64,000 bases of DNA, taken from the IMG/VR virus record IMGVR_UViG_3300029996_000255. The stretch is one strand, 5' to 3'. Under the pieces are notes generated by a model. The model made no database searches. It was not told where the DNA came from and saw nothing but the letters and a program-made list of their open reading frames with translations. This DNA comes from a virus (Duplodnaviria > Heunggongvirae > Uroviricota > Caudoviricetes). Positions 30,021-39,739 of this stretch are shown here, one piece after another (positions within the stretch are counted from its first letter, which is position 1; the number at the start of each line of letters is the position of its first letter). Position numbers and translations under genes: made by a program.

Positions 30021-31142
30021 TTACTCAAGAGTCCACTGACCAAAGTACTGTGGTAATACTACCTCAACACCCATTTCTCTCTGAACTTCATATTTCTGGA
30101 AGTCATCAGCGTGTTCACCCTTCTGAGTACCAGATTCATAAATCTGAGTTTCGCCCTTATCTGTGAACCACACGAACTGTTCCTGATTCTTTGCAAAGAT
30201 AAGAAGTCTCTTATCGTCAATAAGTCTCTTTGTTACATCATTGAAAGCAAATCTCTGAGGAATCTCAATGAGTTCTGTTCCCTCATATGTACCAAGGCGA
30301 CCTGTCTTAGCAACATCCTCCTTCTGAGATAAACTTCTCCAATCAACTTCTGTAAGACCATTAAGTTTCTTTAATGCAGTCTTTGTACCCATAATAACAA
30401 CTTCTGCGCTATTGGCTGTTCCAATATCCTCAAGAAGTGTATCAAACTTGTCTTTTGTAGAAGCAGATAAAGCACCTGTTTTTACGAACTGAGAGTTGTT
30501 AGGTAACTTAGTAGCAGCACCATAAATTCCTGTATAACAAAGTTCCTGAACCTTATATACGAATGCTTCTGCAATCTTATCTGTCAGCTCTGTGAAATCA
30601 ATACGTCCAAGTAAAATAAGATCAATATCCTTACCAATCTTTACACCATACTTCTTAGTATGAATCTTGTGTGCTGTACCTTCATTTAAGTACTGTAAAG
30701 TCAGATCATGATGGTCGCCACTGATTTCAGCAACAGCAAGCATAACCTTTTCTCTTGACCAGAACTCTTCCTCGTCACCAAGTTTAACATTTCTCATATC
30801 TACAAAATCATTAAACCACTCAGATTCCTTAAATGCTGTATCTACCTTAAAATCAATATCAGACTCAAGTAACTCATATACTTCTGTGTGATGAAGCTCT
30901 AAAGCTCTTTCACGTCTCTTGTTGGATCTAAGATCATCTTCAGTAAGGTCACATACCTCCATAATAATTTTACGGATTGCCTTGTTTGCTTCGTGCTTAG
31001 AAACCTTTCTCTGGTTTCCGTCATCATCGTACTCATAAATATCAATTCCGTGATTTAAATTGTATGTAAGCTTCTTAAAATTTTCATACTTATCAGCATC
31101 TTCAAAAACTTTTCTTAAATGTTCTGTACTAAATCTCATCAT
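30021..31142 (-). CDS. Major capsid protein
   Basis: 373 aa, strong SD, followed by a hairpin; GRLGTYEGTELIEIPQ motif; synteny after protease/decoration genes. Confidence 0.8.
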   Translation of the reverse strand: MMRFSTEHLRKVFEDADKYENFKKLTYNLNHGIDIYEYDDDGNQRKVSKHEANKAIRKIIMEVCDLTEDDLRSNKRRERALELHHTEVYELLESDIDFKVDTAFKESEWFNDFVDMRNVKLGDEEEFWSREKVMLAVAEISGDHHDLTLQYLNEGTAHKIHTKKYGVKIGKDIDLILLGRIDFTELTDKIAEAFVYKVQELCYTGIYGAATKLPNNSQFVKTGALSASTKDKFDTLLEDIGTANSAEVVIMGTKTALKKLNGLTEVDWRSLSQKEDVAKTGRLGTYEGTELIEIPQRFAFNDVTKRLIDDKRLLIFAKNQEQFVWFTDKGETQIYESGTQKGEHADDFQKYEVQREMGVEVVLPQYFGQWTLE

Positions 31143-31163
31143 TATTCTATATCCTCCTTTCTA

Positions 31164-31634
31164 TTACGCACCAATTTTTAATTTTCCACTAGAAATCGTT
31201 GTGATTTCAGCTCCAACTGTAGGTGAGCCATCAAAGTTGTCCTCTGTAAGCCAATAACGATCCTGTGAATGAAGCATGTATCCACGAACTGCACCGTCTG
31301 CTGGATCGTTATAGAAATTAGAAGCAAGTGCGAGTGAACGAGGACTCTCGACATTGTTGAGGGGTTTCTGATAGATAACACCAACTCCCTTTGGATCTCT
31401 AATTACAACAAGGTATCTTCCTGACGCATCCTTCATTGCGATATAAGCATCAATTTCAGTTGCAGCTTCCATCTCCCAATTATCAAGAGAAGTCATCTTA
31501 CCTGGTTTGAAATGATATCCGTTAGGTGTATCTTCTGTGATCTTTACGGATAAAATGTGCTCACCATAATCCTGAGCAAGTAAATTACCAATTTCCATCT
31601 GTGGAAATTTTGTAGCAGCATATTTAATAGCCAT
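31164..31634 (-). CDS. Putative capsid decoration/stabilising protein
   Basis: 156 aa between protease and capsid genes; strong SD. Confidence 0.55.
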   Translation of the reverse strand: MAIKYAATKFPQMEIGNLLAQDYGEHILSVKITEDTPNGYHFKPGKMTSLDNWEMEAATEIDAYIAMKDASGRYLVVIRDPKGVGVIYQKPLNNVESPRSLALASNFYNDPADGAVRGYMLHSQDRYWLTEDNFDGSPTVGAEITTISSGKLKIGA

Positions 31635-31719
31635 TATGTTTTCCTCCTTAAATTTTGTTTTTTTGCAATAAAAAAGAACGCATAAAGCGTTCTGTACGAA
31701 ATGAAGTTATATTCAGTTT

Positions 31720-33414
31720 TTAATCAAATAAATTGCCATAGTTTTTCTTAGGCTTTGATTTCTTATTCATATTTGTAAGTATCTTAACTGAATTTGTGTT
31801 TTTCTTTGTGTCAACAGAAGAGAAGTTTGCATGTGCAGACATATAATCTGAATGCATAACCTTTACCTTTGTTTCAAAGTCTTCTATAGAATAATTATCC
31901 ATAGTCTTTACTAATTCGGCAAAATCAGCATTCACATAATTTCCATCTGAATCTTTCTCTGTAAGAACAGAATAATTATCCGCATTGATAATAGCTTCTT
32001 TCTGTGCATGAAGTTCATTCTTTTCTGCTGTCTCTTTGAACTCCTTGAGGGCGGCATAATTAGAACGCATGGATTCAAGTTCAGCTTTCTCACTTGCTGT
32101 CAAAAGCTCACGGAACAATTCTATACGTTCATCATCAAATGAAACATTATCTCCATCTTTTGTATAGTTCTGGCGGTAAATTTTGTCAGTACACCAACCC
32201 TCGTATACAAAATAAGAATCAAATACATTTGAGATATAGTAATAATCGTTGTCCGACTCTTCATATGGTGCTAACAGATTATAGAGTGCATATCTTGTAT
32301 CTTCATGAGAAATCTCATATGTACGAACAATCTTTTCAAAAGTCTGACTTCCACCTTCATCGTCATCTGGATCAGAAGCTCCTTCGCCATCACCTTCTCC
32401 ATCATTGGAAGGCTCACCAGATTTTCCGTTATCTGAATTGTCTCCGTCTGAATTGTCATTATCGAACATCTCAGCGAATTTTGCTTCAAGTTCCTCATCT
32501 GACATTTCTGCGTAGTCGAATGTTACATCTTCAGCAGTCTTACCATATTTGGCAAGTAACTCTTCAAATTTTGTCATTTTGTTATTTGTTCCTCCTTCCT
32601 CTGATTGTGTTTGAACAGGAGTCTGTTCTTTATTGAAATTAGAAAGTGTCTTGTTAAGATTTTCTAAGAGTTCAATCATTTTTTCATCTTTGTCAAATTT
32701 TACCGAATTGTTATTTACACTAAAATCTGCAATATCTGCACGAGAACCTTCCATGCCTTCCTGAATTTCTGTGCCATCATCATGGCTTCCTAACAAAGTC
32801 GAAGCGTTTACATAGAAATCGTTTAATTCGAGATACTTCTCCTTGGCGTTGTAAGAGAGTTCATCAATAAAAAGCTCGCAACTATTTTTTGAACCTTGTT
32901 TTACACGAATAATTTCACAAGCCTTTGTATATTCTTCACTTATATAAGCATAAGCACATACATAATCTTTATCTAAGCTATCATCATGTTCCCAAAATGC
33001 AGGTTCAGATGAAAAAGAACCAACTTGAGATTCAATATATCTAAGTTCTTCGTTACCTTTATCATCCTTAACGATTTCCATCTCATGTCCTTTAAAATCC
33101 CAAGTTCCGTCTGTAAGCTGATGGATTGCAGCCAACACAGGTCTGTCAGCAATCGTATTCATTGCTTTCTCAGCAGCATCTTTTGATACATAACTCTTAT
33201 TTCTGTTAAGTCCTGTATGAAAAATTCTGAATTTTAGACGCATCATTCCACGATGATTTTCGTCTACGGTATCATCTACCTCGAAAGTAGTAGGTACTTT
33301 TAAAGCCAACTGATAGCCAGTATCTTTAGAACTGAATTTTGCAAATTTTTGTTCTTGGCAAAATTTTAGTAAATCATCTTCAGTTAAAATTTTCTTTTTA
33401 ATAACCTTTGGCAT
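31720..33414 (-). CDS. Prohead protease / scaffold protein
   Basis: HTGLNRNKS, SCEL and TLLG...EGMEGS motifs, then an acidic coiled-coil scaffold region. Confidence 0.75.
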   Translation of the reverse strand: MPKVIKKKILTEDDLLKFCQEQKFAKFSSKDTGYQLALKVPTTFEVDDTVDENHRGMMRLKFRIFHTGLNRNKSYVSKDAAEKAMNTIADRPVLAAIHQLTDGTWDFKGHEMEIVKDDKGNEELRYIESQVGSFSSEPAFWEHDDSLDKDYVCAYAYISEEYTKACEIIRVKQGSKNSCELFIDELSYNAKEKYLELNDFYVNASTLLGSHDDGTEIQEGMEGSRADIADFSVNNNSVKFDKDEKMIELLENLNKTLSNFNKEQTPVQTQSEEGGTNNKMTKFEELLAKYGKTAEDVTFDYAEMSDEELEAKFAEMFDNDNSDGDNSDNGKSGEPSNDGEGDGEGASDPDDDEGGSQTFEKIVRTYEISHEDTRYALYNLLAPYEESDNDYYYISNVFDSYFVYEGWCTDKIYRQNYTKDGDNVSFDDERIELFRELLTASEKAELESMRSNYAALKEFKETAEKNELHAQKEAIINADNYSVLTEKDSDGNYVNADFAELVKTMDNYSIEDFETKVKVMHSDYMSAHANFSSVDTKKNTNSVKILTNMNKKSKPKKNYGNLFD

Positions 33415-33468
33415 CTACTTAGTCTTTTCCTCCTTTCTGACATAATAGAAGTCGCCCAAGGAAGACGA

Positions 33469-33648
33469 CTAAAATGTAAGCATATTTGTATACTTTAATT
33501 TATTTATATCTATATTTTCTGAAAACCGAAGAGTATCAGTATTCAAAAATACATAAATACCATTAGAATTTTGCACCTGTTGATATCCTAATTGGGATAG
33601 GAGAGTAGCAGTAGGTGCATCTTGTGTCTGTATAAATTTTTGATTCAT
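33469..33648 (-). CDS. Small hypothetical protein (59 aa)
   Basis: MNQKFIQTQDAPTATLLSQLGYQQV...KYTNMLTF*. Confidence 0.55.
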   Translation of the reverse strand: MNQKFIQTQDAPTATLLSQLGYQQVQNSNGIYVFLNTDTLRFSENIDINKLKYTNMLTF

Positions 33649-33659
33649 TCCACCAACTC

Positions 33660-35237
33660 CTATTTATCATTTAAATTCTCGTCTCTTGTACGAAGTCCAG
33701 CATCTGTAAGTTCCGAATCATCCTTCTCTTGACCACCGCTTTTATTATTGCCTGTCTGAGTATAAGTGCTAGATAGCGGTTTGAATTTTGAACTAAGCTG
33801 CAAACAGTCTTCTTCCAAAAAGTTCATAGATAACGTATCTTTTTCAGATACGCCATTTAATGTGTTATAAAGAATTTTGTTTGGTAATCCATTAGTACAT
33901 GATTCCAAGATTGATTTTCTAAAATCATCCTTCTGATAAATAGAAACATCAAAGAATTTAACCTTACAAGGTTCAGATATCCAATTAGATAGTAGTCGAT
34001 TTACAATCGCTTGAATCTGTGGAATAAGAGTTGAAATAGAAAATGTAGAATCTGCAAGTACACCATATTTAAAAGCAGTAGAATTCGATGCAGAGTTTAG
34101 GTTTAATATCTGAGCACCACCAGCGGTATTAAGAATTTCCTTTGTTGCTTTTTCAACTTTTGTAACATCGCCAGTTGCATCATCTGGAAAACTTATCTCG
34201 TGTAATTCACCAGGAACAATAGCAGCAGAGATATATGGTGGTAATGCTTCTTCAAGCATACGATTGAAATACTGAATCATTATATCTGGATTTACAGCCC
34301 AATCATCTACATCATTACCCATTGTCTTCATTTCAAGCCATACTAATTTATATATATTAGCTGCCTGTTGAACTGCTTGATAATCAGAAGCATCCATAAG
34401 GTCAATCAATGATAAGAATATAGGTGTAAGCACGGGAACGATGGTTTCCCAGTCTTCAGACCTAAATTTAATACATACATTATATTCTTCTGGAATTAGC
34501 TGATATTTTTCATTTGTACTCTGATATGTACTCCACATACTATTGAATGGTTCACCCCAATATTCAAGAAGCTCCTGATGGCTACGGAAATAACTCATGT
34601 CCATAGCTCCTGCAAATGAACCATCAGGAAACATACCTGCTATTTTCATATAATCTGGATCTAATGGAAGAACAAACATTCCTTGACCTTCTGTATAATA
34701 AGCACATCCATAAAATACATCTTCTCTTAAAGTGATAGACGCAGCTTTACGAAATTCATAATTCAATCCTAAAGTGTCAACTATATCAACTGTTTCTTGA
34801 TACTTTTGCAATGTGGATTGTACATCGTTTTCGCCTGAGATTATAAATGGAGGAACTATATTACGAATTGTAAGATCAATCTGATTTGCATAATATTTAC
34901 AAAGACGATAATAGATTTCTGAACGATAATAAAGATAACGAGATAAGCTTCGTAGATTCTTTTCATTAGAAGAGATATTCTTTATGTATGATTTTACATC
35001 TTCCTTTGAGTAATTACTGATTGACGTATATCTAGATGATTTCTGAATATCTCGAAGACTTGTAATTGCACTTGTTGCGTCTTCATAACGTTCAAGTTTA
35101 CTTTTATTTTTCTCATACCATTCACGCATTTCATTTGCGGTTGGCTGTTTTGGAGTAGAAGAAGTAGTTTTCTTCTGTGAATTATTTACTTTAGCAGGTG
35201 CATTAGAATTTGCATCTACTTTCTTAGGTCTAGGCAT
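33660..35237 (-). CDS. Portal protein
   Basis: 525 aa directly after terminase; LRSLSRYLY, LPLDPDYMKI, PLSSTYTQ motifs. Confidence 0.8.
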   Translation of the reverse strand: MPRPKKVDANSNAPAKVNNSQKKTTSSTPKQPTANEMREWYEKNKSKLERYEDATSAITSLRDIQKSSRYTSISNYSKEDVKSYIKNISSNEKNLRSLSRYLYYRSEIYYRLCKYYANQIDLTIRNIVPPFIISGENDVQSTLQKYQETVDIVDTLGLNYEFRKAASITLREDVFYGCAYYTEGQGMFVLPLDPDYMKIAGMFPDGSFAGAMDMSYFRSHQELLEYWGEPFNSMWSTYQSTNEKYQLIPEEYNVCIKFRSEDWETIVPVLTPIFLSLIDLMDASDYQAVQQAANIYKLVWLEMKTMGNDVDDWAVNPDIMIQYFNRMLEEALPPYISAAIVPGELHEISFPDDATGDVTKVEKATKEILNTAGGAQILNLNSASNSTAFKYGVLADSTFSISTLIPQIQAIVNRLLSNWISEPCKVKFFDVSIYQKDDFRKSILESCTNGLPNKILYNTLNGVSEKDTLSMNFLEEDCLQLSSKFKPLSSTYTQTGNNKSGGQEKDDSELTDAGLRTRDENLNDK

Positions 35238-35255
35238 ATTTGATAATGCACCTCC

Positions 35256-36998
35256 TTAATTGTATTTTGCTTTACGGATTGGAAGCTTTGAAACTAATGA
35301 TTGTGTATCTTGTGTCTTAGGTTTTAATTTTAATTCCAATTGACAAGCACACCAATAAGAATAGGCAATAGAAGAATATCTATCTTTCCTCATACCTTCG
35401 ACTTCTTTAACCTTGATATTTCCGTTTTTAACTTCATGATCCAATTTAATCAATTCGTAAACGGCAAACGTTGTTTGCACATAAGACATTTTCAATTTTG
35501 CTTGTTCTGTTGGAGACATTTTGAAATATCCCTTATATGTTTCTTTTAATGAGCTATCCGCATCCTGTTCAGAAATAAGAAAATTAATTTTTCCATTCTG
35601 TATACCATTTCTAAGTAATACACATATCTCATTATTAAAATTAGCATTAGCTTTTACAGACCAAACAACTTTATTAGCATCACGAACTTTGCATCGTTCA
35701 GCCATATCTTTATCATTTATACAAGTCATTGCCTGATATCTTTTACCGTTTTCTTGGCAAACTTGATCCTTGGTAATAAAATCATATACTCCCAAGCCAA
35801 TTCCGTTTGTATCTAAAACTAAATCTGTACATTGATACTCATAAAAATATTTCATAACAATCATTCCTAATTCGTCTGTTTTCAAGCCTTCAAAAGTTTC
35901 ACCATATACGAAATTTGATTGATATGCAGTATCATTTACTTGAATTAAGTCGTTAATAAAAATAGCAGAGGCATCATTTTTTTTCTTTTTCGTGGATTGC
36001 ATAAGAGCAACGTCAATAGATAGAATTCTTTTACCAGTAGATGTTAATTTCGGAATTGTTATTTTGTCATTACAGAAACTCAATGGTGGAAATGCTTTGC
36101 GAAGTCTTCTACGAGCAGTTAATTCATCAAATTTAAACAAACTACCATCTGTATCACCAAACCATAGACATTCCATTTCCATCTGCTGAACAAGTTCATT
36201 GTAATCAGCTTCACTCATTTCATCTTCAAGCTGAGAACGAGAGAGTAATCCTTCACGCACCGATACCTGATAAGGTAATCCACATATGAAATATTTTTTT
36301 GTGTCATCAAAGAAATTAAGAGTGTAACTTTGCGCTTTTCTATAAGCCCATGAACTTTTAAAATATGCACTGGACATATATATTTCTTTGTTTCTTTCCT
36401 GCATATGAGCATATTCGGGTTTTTGTAAATATTTTGGCTGTCTTGGACTTGTTAAGAATTTACGCAATACAGTATTGATAACTGTTTCATCGACCATACG
36501 AAATTCATCAACAACTATGCAATTTGCTCTGGCTGATCTTGAATTTTCTGAACTGGTTCTTGTTTTTATCCATGAACCATTTTTGAAATAAATAGAAGCG
36601 TCATTTTGACCAATATTACATTTTCCTATTTCAGAACGTAATATGGAAGATTGTTTCATGAAATCATCTTGTATTTTCAACAAGACTTCGTTAGCCTGTT
36701 TTAAAGTTCCAGAACTAACAACTATTTTTGTACCAGGAAATAAAATACATCTTACACAACAGAAGAGGGCGGTAAGATATGTTTTTCCTTGACCTCTTGC
36801 TGCAAGATACATAACAAAATTGTAATGCATCATGCACCACAAGAGAATTTGCTGAAACCATTTAAGAGATAATCCCAGTACATCAATGACATACCTATGT
36901 GGGTTGTTACGATAATATCCTGCTCTCCAAGCAACAGTTTCCATTATCTTTTGTTGTTTATCTTTTTCTATCTCAGTCTGAGTTTTTAATTGAGGCAT
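35256..36998 (-). CDS. terL: Terminase large subunit
   Basis: Walker A AARGQGKT, Walker B IVVDE, nuclease SIDVA and RKDRYSS. Confidence 0.92.
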   Translation of the reverse strand: MPQLKTQTEIEKDKQQKIMETVAWRAGYYRNNPHRYVIDVLGLSLKWFQQILLWCMMHYNFVMYLAARGQGKTYLTALFCCVRCILFPGTKIVVSSGTLKQANEVLLKIQDDFMKQSSILRSEIGKCNIGQNDASIYFKNGSWIKTRTSSENSRSARANCIVVDEFRMVDETVINTVLRKFLTSPRQPKYLQKPEYAHMQERNKEIYMSSAYFKSSWAYRKAQSYTLNFFDDTKKYFICGLPYQVSVREGLLSRSQLEDEMSEADYNELVQQMEMECLWFGDTDGSLFKFDELTARRRLRKAFPPLSFCNDKITIPKLTSTGKRILSIDVALMQSTKKKKNDASAIFINDLIQVNDTAYQSNFVYGETFEGLKTDELGMIVMKYFYEYQCTDLVLDTNGIGLGVYDFITKDQVCQENGKRYQAMTCINDKDMAERCKVRDANKVVWSVKANANFNNEICVLLRNGIQNGKINFLISEQDADSSLKETYKGYFKMSPTEQAKLKMSYVQTTFAVYELIKLDHEVKNGNIKVKEVEGMRKDRYSSIAYSYWCACQLELKLKPKTQDTQSLVSKLPIRKAKYN

Positions 36999-37001
36999 AA
37001 A

Positions 37002-38078
37002 TTATACCTCCTCTTCAGCTTTCTGACCAAAGATTTTATCAAATAATGCTTCTGAATCAGTATCTTCATCATACTCAGGCTTTTTGACAGTATATTTAGA
37101 AATGAACTTTTCATAAGTAGAAGAAAATGCATTTTTCAATCCCATCATTTTAGAGAGATGCCCCTTAAAGAATACATCAATTAAGAGTCCAATTTTATCA
37201 GGATCTTTAAATTCACCTTCTGGTTCTGGAATTGGTTTTTCTTGTTCCCATTTATCAATAAGCTGCCCAAATGTAAGATTATCAGTTAATTCAGATGCAG
37301 TTTTTTGATTAGGTTTGATATTTAAACTTCCTAGCAGATTCTGTAAAGTAGCATCTAAATCTTTTGTATCCTTGCCATTTTTCTGAGCATTATCTATCTC
37401 AAGTTCCTTGCAACATACTCGTTTAAATAAAAGTTCCTGGGATTTATTTTCACATGGATAACGTGTCGTCCAGTCTTGGTATTCCGTCTCAAGATACATA
37501 AGTTCTTCATTATTATAGTTATTTCCAAATCTTTTTCTTGCTGTTTTGAGTGTTTTTTGAACAATCCTTGTATTTGTTTCAGGATTATTATCTATATCAT
37601 CAATAGAAAATTCAGAGTCTTTATAGGAAGTGTTATTGTACTGTGGAAGAGAAGCTACCATTACAATAAGATTTTGAACAGCCGTTCCACGAACTTTTTC
37701 ACCAACACCTTCATTAATAGCTTGTAACTGTGCGTTATAATCACTTTCGCTAAATTTCCAATCAAGCTGTCTAAAAGTGTTAATTGTTTTTTCTCTATTG
37801 TCTGTTCTAATGCCAGTTTTAGGATCTACGTCAGTACATAAATCTAAAATACAAGCCTTACACGCAAAATGCTCAAATCCGCTTTTACTTTTGTTAGATT
37901 TATAAAAATTTCCATTACCTTTAGTTGATTTCCATTTTCCACAATGAGGACAATAGATATAATCCAAATCTAGTAAATGGTTGTAGTCAATGGCTAAATC
38001 ATGATACGCACCTTTTACATTATTTACTGTTAACTTTTTGACCTCATCATCAGTTTTGGCTTGTCTTAAATTAGCCAT
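37002..38078 (-). CDS. Zn-finger protein upstream of terL (possible terminase small subunit)
   Basis: CPHC...CKAC; TFGQLIDKWEQEKPIPEP; synteny. Confidence 0.55.
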   Translation of the reverse strand: MANLRQAKTDDEVKKLTVNNVKGAYHDLAIDYNHLLDLDYIYCPHCGKWKSTKGNGNFYKSNKSKSGFEHFACKACILDLCTDVDPKTGIRTDNREKTINTFRQLDWKFSESDYNAQLQAINEGVGEKVRGTAVQNLIVMVASLPQYNNTSYKDSEFSIDDIDNNPETNTRIVQKTLKTARKRFGNNYNNEELMYLETEYQDWTTRYPCENKSQELLFKRVCCKELEIDNAQKNGKDTKDLDATLQNLLGSLNIKPNQKTASELTDNLTFGQLIDKWEQEKPIPEPEGEFKDPDKIGLLIDVFFKGHLSKMMGLKNAFSSTYEKFISKYTVKKPEYDEDTDSEALFDKIFGQKAEEEV

Positions 38079-38192
38079 TGTTTCACCTTCTTTCCTTTTA
38101 TTTCAATATAAAAAGAAGCCATTTCATACGAAATGACTTCTCAAACTTTCCAATATTAAATTTTCAATGAAAGTGCAATTCACTTCACTTAG

Positions 38193-38260
38193 CACACCCA
38201 CTGCGCATCGAACACAGGTTAGAAGTTTTGGAGACTTCATTCTTGCCAAAAGATAGGTGC
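38193..38260 (-). tRNA. trnW: tRNA-Trp(CCA), short D-arm
   Basis: GCACCTA/TGGGTGT acceptor, GAAGT-CTCCAAA-ACTTC anticodon arm, TTCGA T-loop. Confidence 0.7.
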
Positions 38261-38263
38261 ATA

Positions 38264-38347
38264 CGCCGTGTTAGGGATTCGAACCCCAAAGACTTTTACA
38301 TCCAGACTGTTTTCAAGACAGCACCCTCGACCAATCGGACACACGGC
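38264..38347 (-). tRNA. trnS: tRNA-Ser(TGA)
   Basis: GCCGTGT/ACACGGC acceptor, CTGT-CTTGAAA-ACAG arm, long variable arm, GGTTCGAATCC. Confidence 0.9.
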
Positions 38348-38352
38348 ATGAG

Positions 38353-38440
38353 CGTAGTATATAGGACTTGAACCTATGCACCGAATAAACGATGACCTCT
38401 GATTAGCAATCAGGTGCAATACCAACTCTGCCAATACTAC
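38353..38440 (-). tRNA. trnS: tRNA-Ser(GCT)
   Basis: GTAGTAT/ATACTAC acceptor, CTGA-TTGCTAA-TCAG arm, long variable arm, GGTTCAAGTCC. Confidence 0.9.
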
Positions 38441-38644
38441 AGATAAAGAGAGTCGCCTCATGAAGCAACTCTCTGTTACTATATAAATACCATATAGCCT
38501 CGCTGTCCATTTAAGTATCAGCTATTTATTGAAAATTTATTGTCTTTCTCATTGAGTTCTCAAACTCCGAACTTTCATTTAAGCTGTATATAACATATCC
38601 TATTGTTGCAACAGTACCTGTTTGAAAACCGCAATAGACATAAG

Positions 38645-38722
38645 GGCGGTAGTAAGTGTTGAGCTTACACACCTAAGTTTCGTATGCATCCAAAAAATAG
38701 GTTTTGGCATCAGGTTTACCGC
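38645..38722 (-). ncRNA. tRNA-like RNA with non-canonical D and anticodon arms
   Basis: GCGGTA/TACCGC acceptor-like stem and GTAAG-CTCAACA-CTTAC T-arm; starts 4 nt downstream of tRNA-Glu. Confidence 0.45.
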
Positions 38723-38726
38723 ATAA

Positions 38727-38799
38727 TACTCGGTATGGGATTCGAACCCATGTTATCCGATAGAAAGTCGGAGGTCTTTGACCACTTGACTAACCGAGC
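38727..38799 (-). tRNA. trnE: tRNA-Glu(TTC)
   Basis: GCTCGGT/ACCGAGT acceptor, TCCGA-CTTTCTA-TCGGA arm, GGTTCGAATCC. Confidence 0.9.
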
Positions 38800-38832
38800 A
38801 TATTTAGGGTGGAAGAGTACCACCCATTATTT

Positions 38833-39309
38833 TTACAGAATAACTTCTGTTTCACCTTCAAACTTAGTATTTAATGCACGAATCTCAGCAAGTTTCTTAC
38901 CAATTTCTTCCTGAATCTTGGTAGCGAAAAGTTCAACCTTTGCCTTACCAATCTTTTCAACACTATCAAAAGGTGTTTTAACTTCTGATTCTGGAATCTT
39001 TGTAACATCTACAGAGAATGCAATATGAAGATTTTCATCCACAACAAATGACTGGTTAATAATATCTTTTAACTCAACAGAAATAATAGTTGAATCATCA
39101 ACTTCACTATCGGTTGTAACTGGATCTCCATTGGAATCAGCTTTCATATTAGATTTAAAGGATATCTTAGAATATTCGATTGTTCTGACAAAATTATGTA
39201 ACATATCTTTTTCAGTAGCAGCATCGGTATCTGATGTACCTAATTCTGCGACAGAAATATCTACACTAATAACATTTTCATCAATAGTTTTACTAATATT
39301 TAATTTCAT
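38833..39309 (-). CDS. Hypothetical protein
   Basis: 158-aa ORF within the tRNA cluster. Confidence 0.65.
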   Translation of the reverse strand: MKLNISKTIDENVISVDISVAELGTSDTDAATEKDMLHNFVRTIEYSKISFKSNMKADSNGDPVTTDSEVDDSTIISVELKDIINQSFVVDENLHIAFSVDVTKIPESEVKTPFDSVEKIGKAKVELFATKIQEEIGKKLAEIRALNTKFEGETEVIL

Positions 39310-39617
39310 GAATTTGTACCCTCACTTTCAGTTTCATTTGCAATTACTTGTTTATATCCGTCTCTAATAGCCATAAATAAATCACGCAATACTTCTTTAT
39401 CAATAGAGCAATCTAAATTTGACGTATCAAATTGTGGATCACTTACTGAAAAATCTAATGTTCCGTCATTCCGTGGCACGAACAAAATTTCCACGTTGTT
39501 GTTTAAGAGTAAAGTAATAGAATCTATTTTTTCACCATTGTTGGATGTAACTTTACGAACCTGTCCAACTTTTAATGGCTCTTGCTCAATAATCAATCTA
39601 CTTGTCATTATATACAC
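39306..39617 (-). CDS. Hypothetical protein
   Basis: 103-aa ORF overlapping the next start; SD AAGGAG. Confidence 0.6.
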   Translation of the reverse strand: MYIMTSRLIIEQEPLKVGQVRKVTSNNGEKIDSITLLLNNNVEILFVPRNDGTLDFSVSDPQFDTSNLDCSIDKEVLRDLFMAIRDGYKQVIANETESEGTNS

Positions 39618-39656
39618 TCCTTTCTTTTATTTTTCGTTTTCTTTTTATTCATTGAG

Positions 39657-39730
39657 TTGCGGAAACAGGACTCGAACCTGCATACTCTTGGTTATGAGCC
39701 AAGTGAGATTCCATTGCTCGTCATTCCGCT
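39657..39730 (-). tRNA. trnM: tRNA-Met(CAT)
   Basis: CTTGG-CTCATAA-CCAAG arm, GGTTCGAGTCC, GCGGAA/TTCCGC acceptor with 1:72 mismatch. Confidence 0.8.
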
Positions 39731-39739
39731 ATGATAATC

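Noticed and set aside
38237..38914. ORFs 38237-38461 and 38684-38914
   Set aside because: They overlap tRNA genes.
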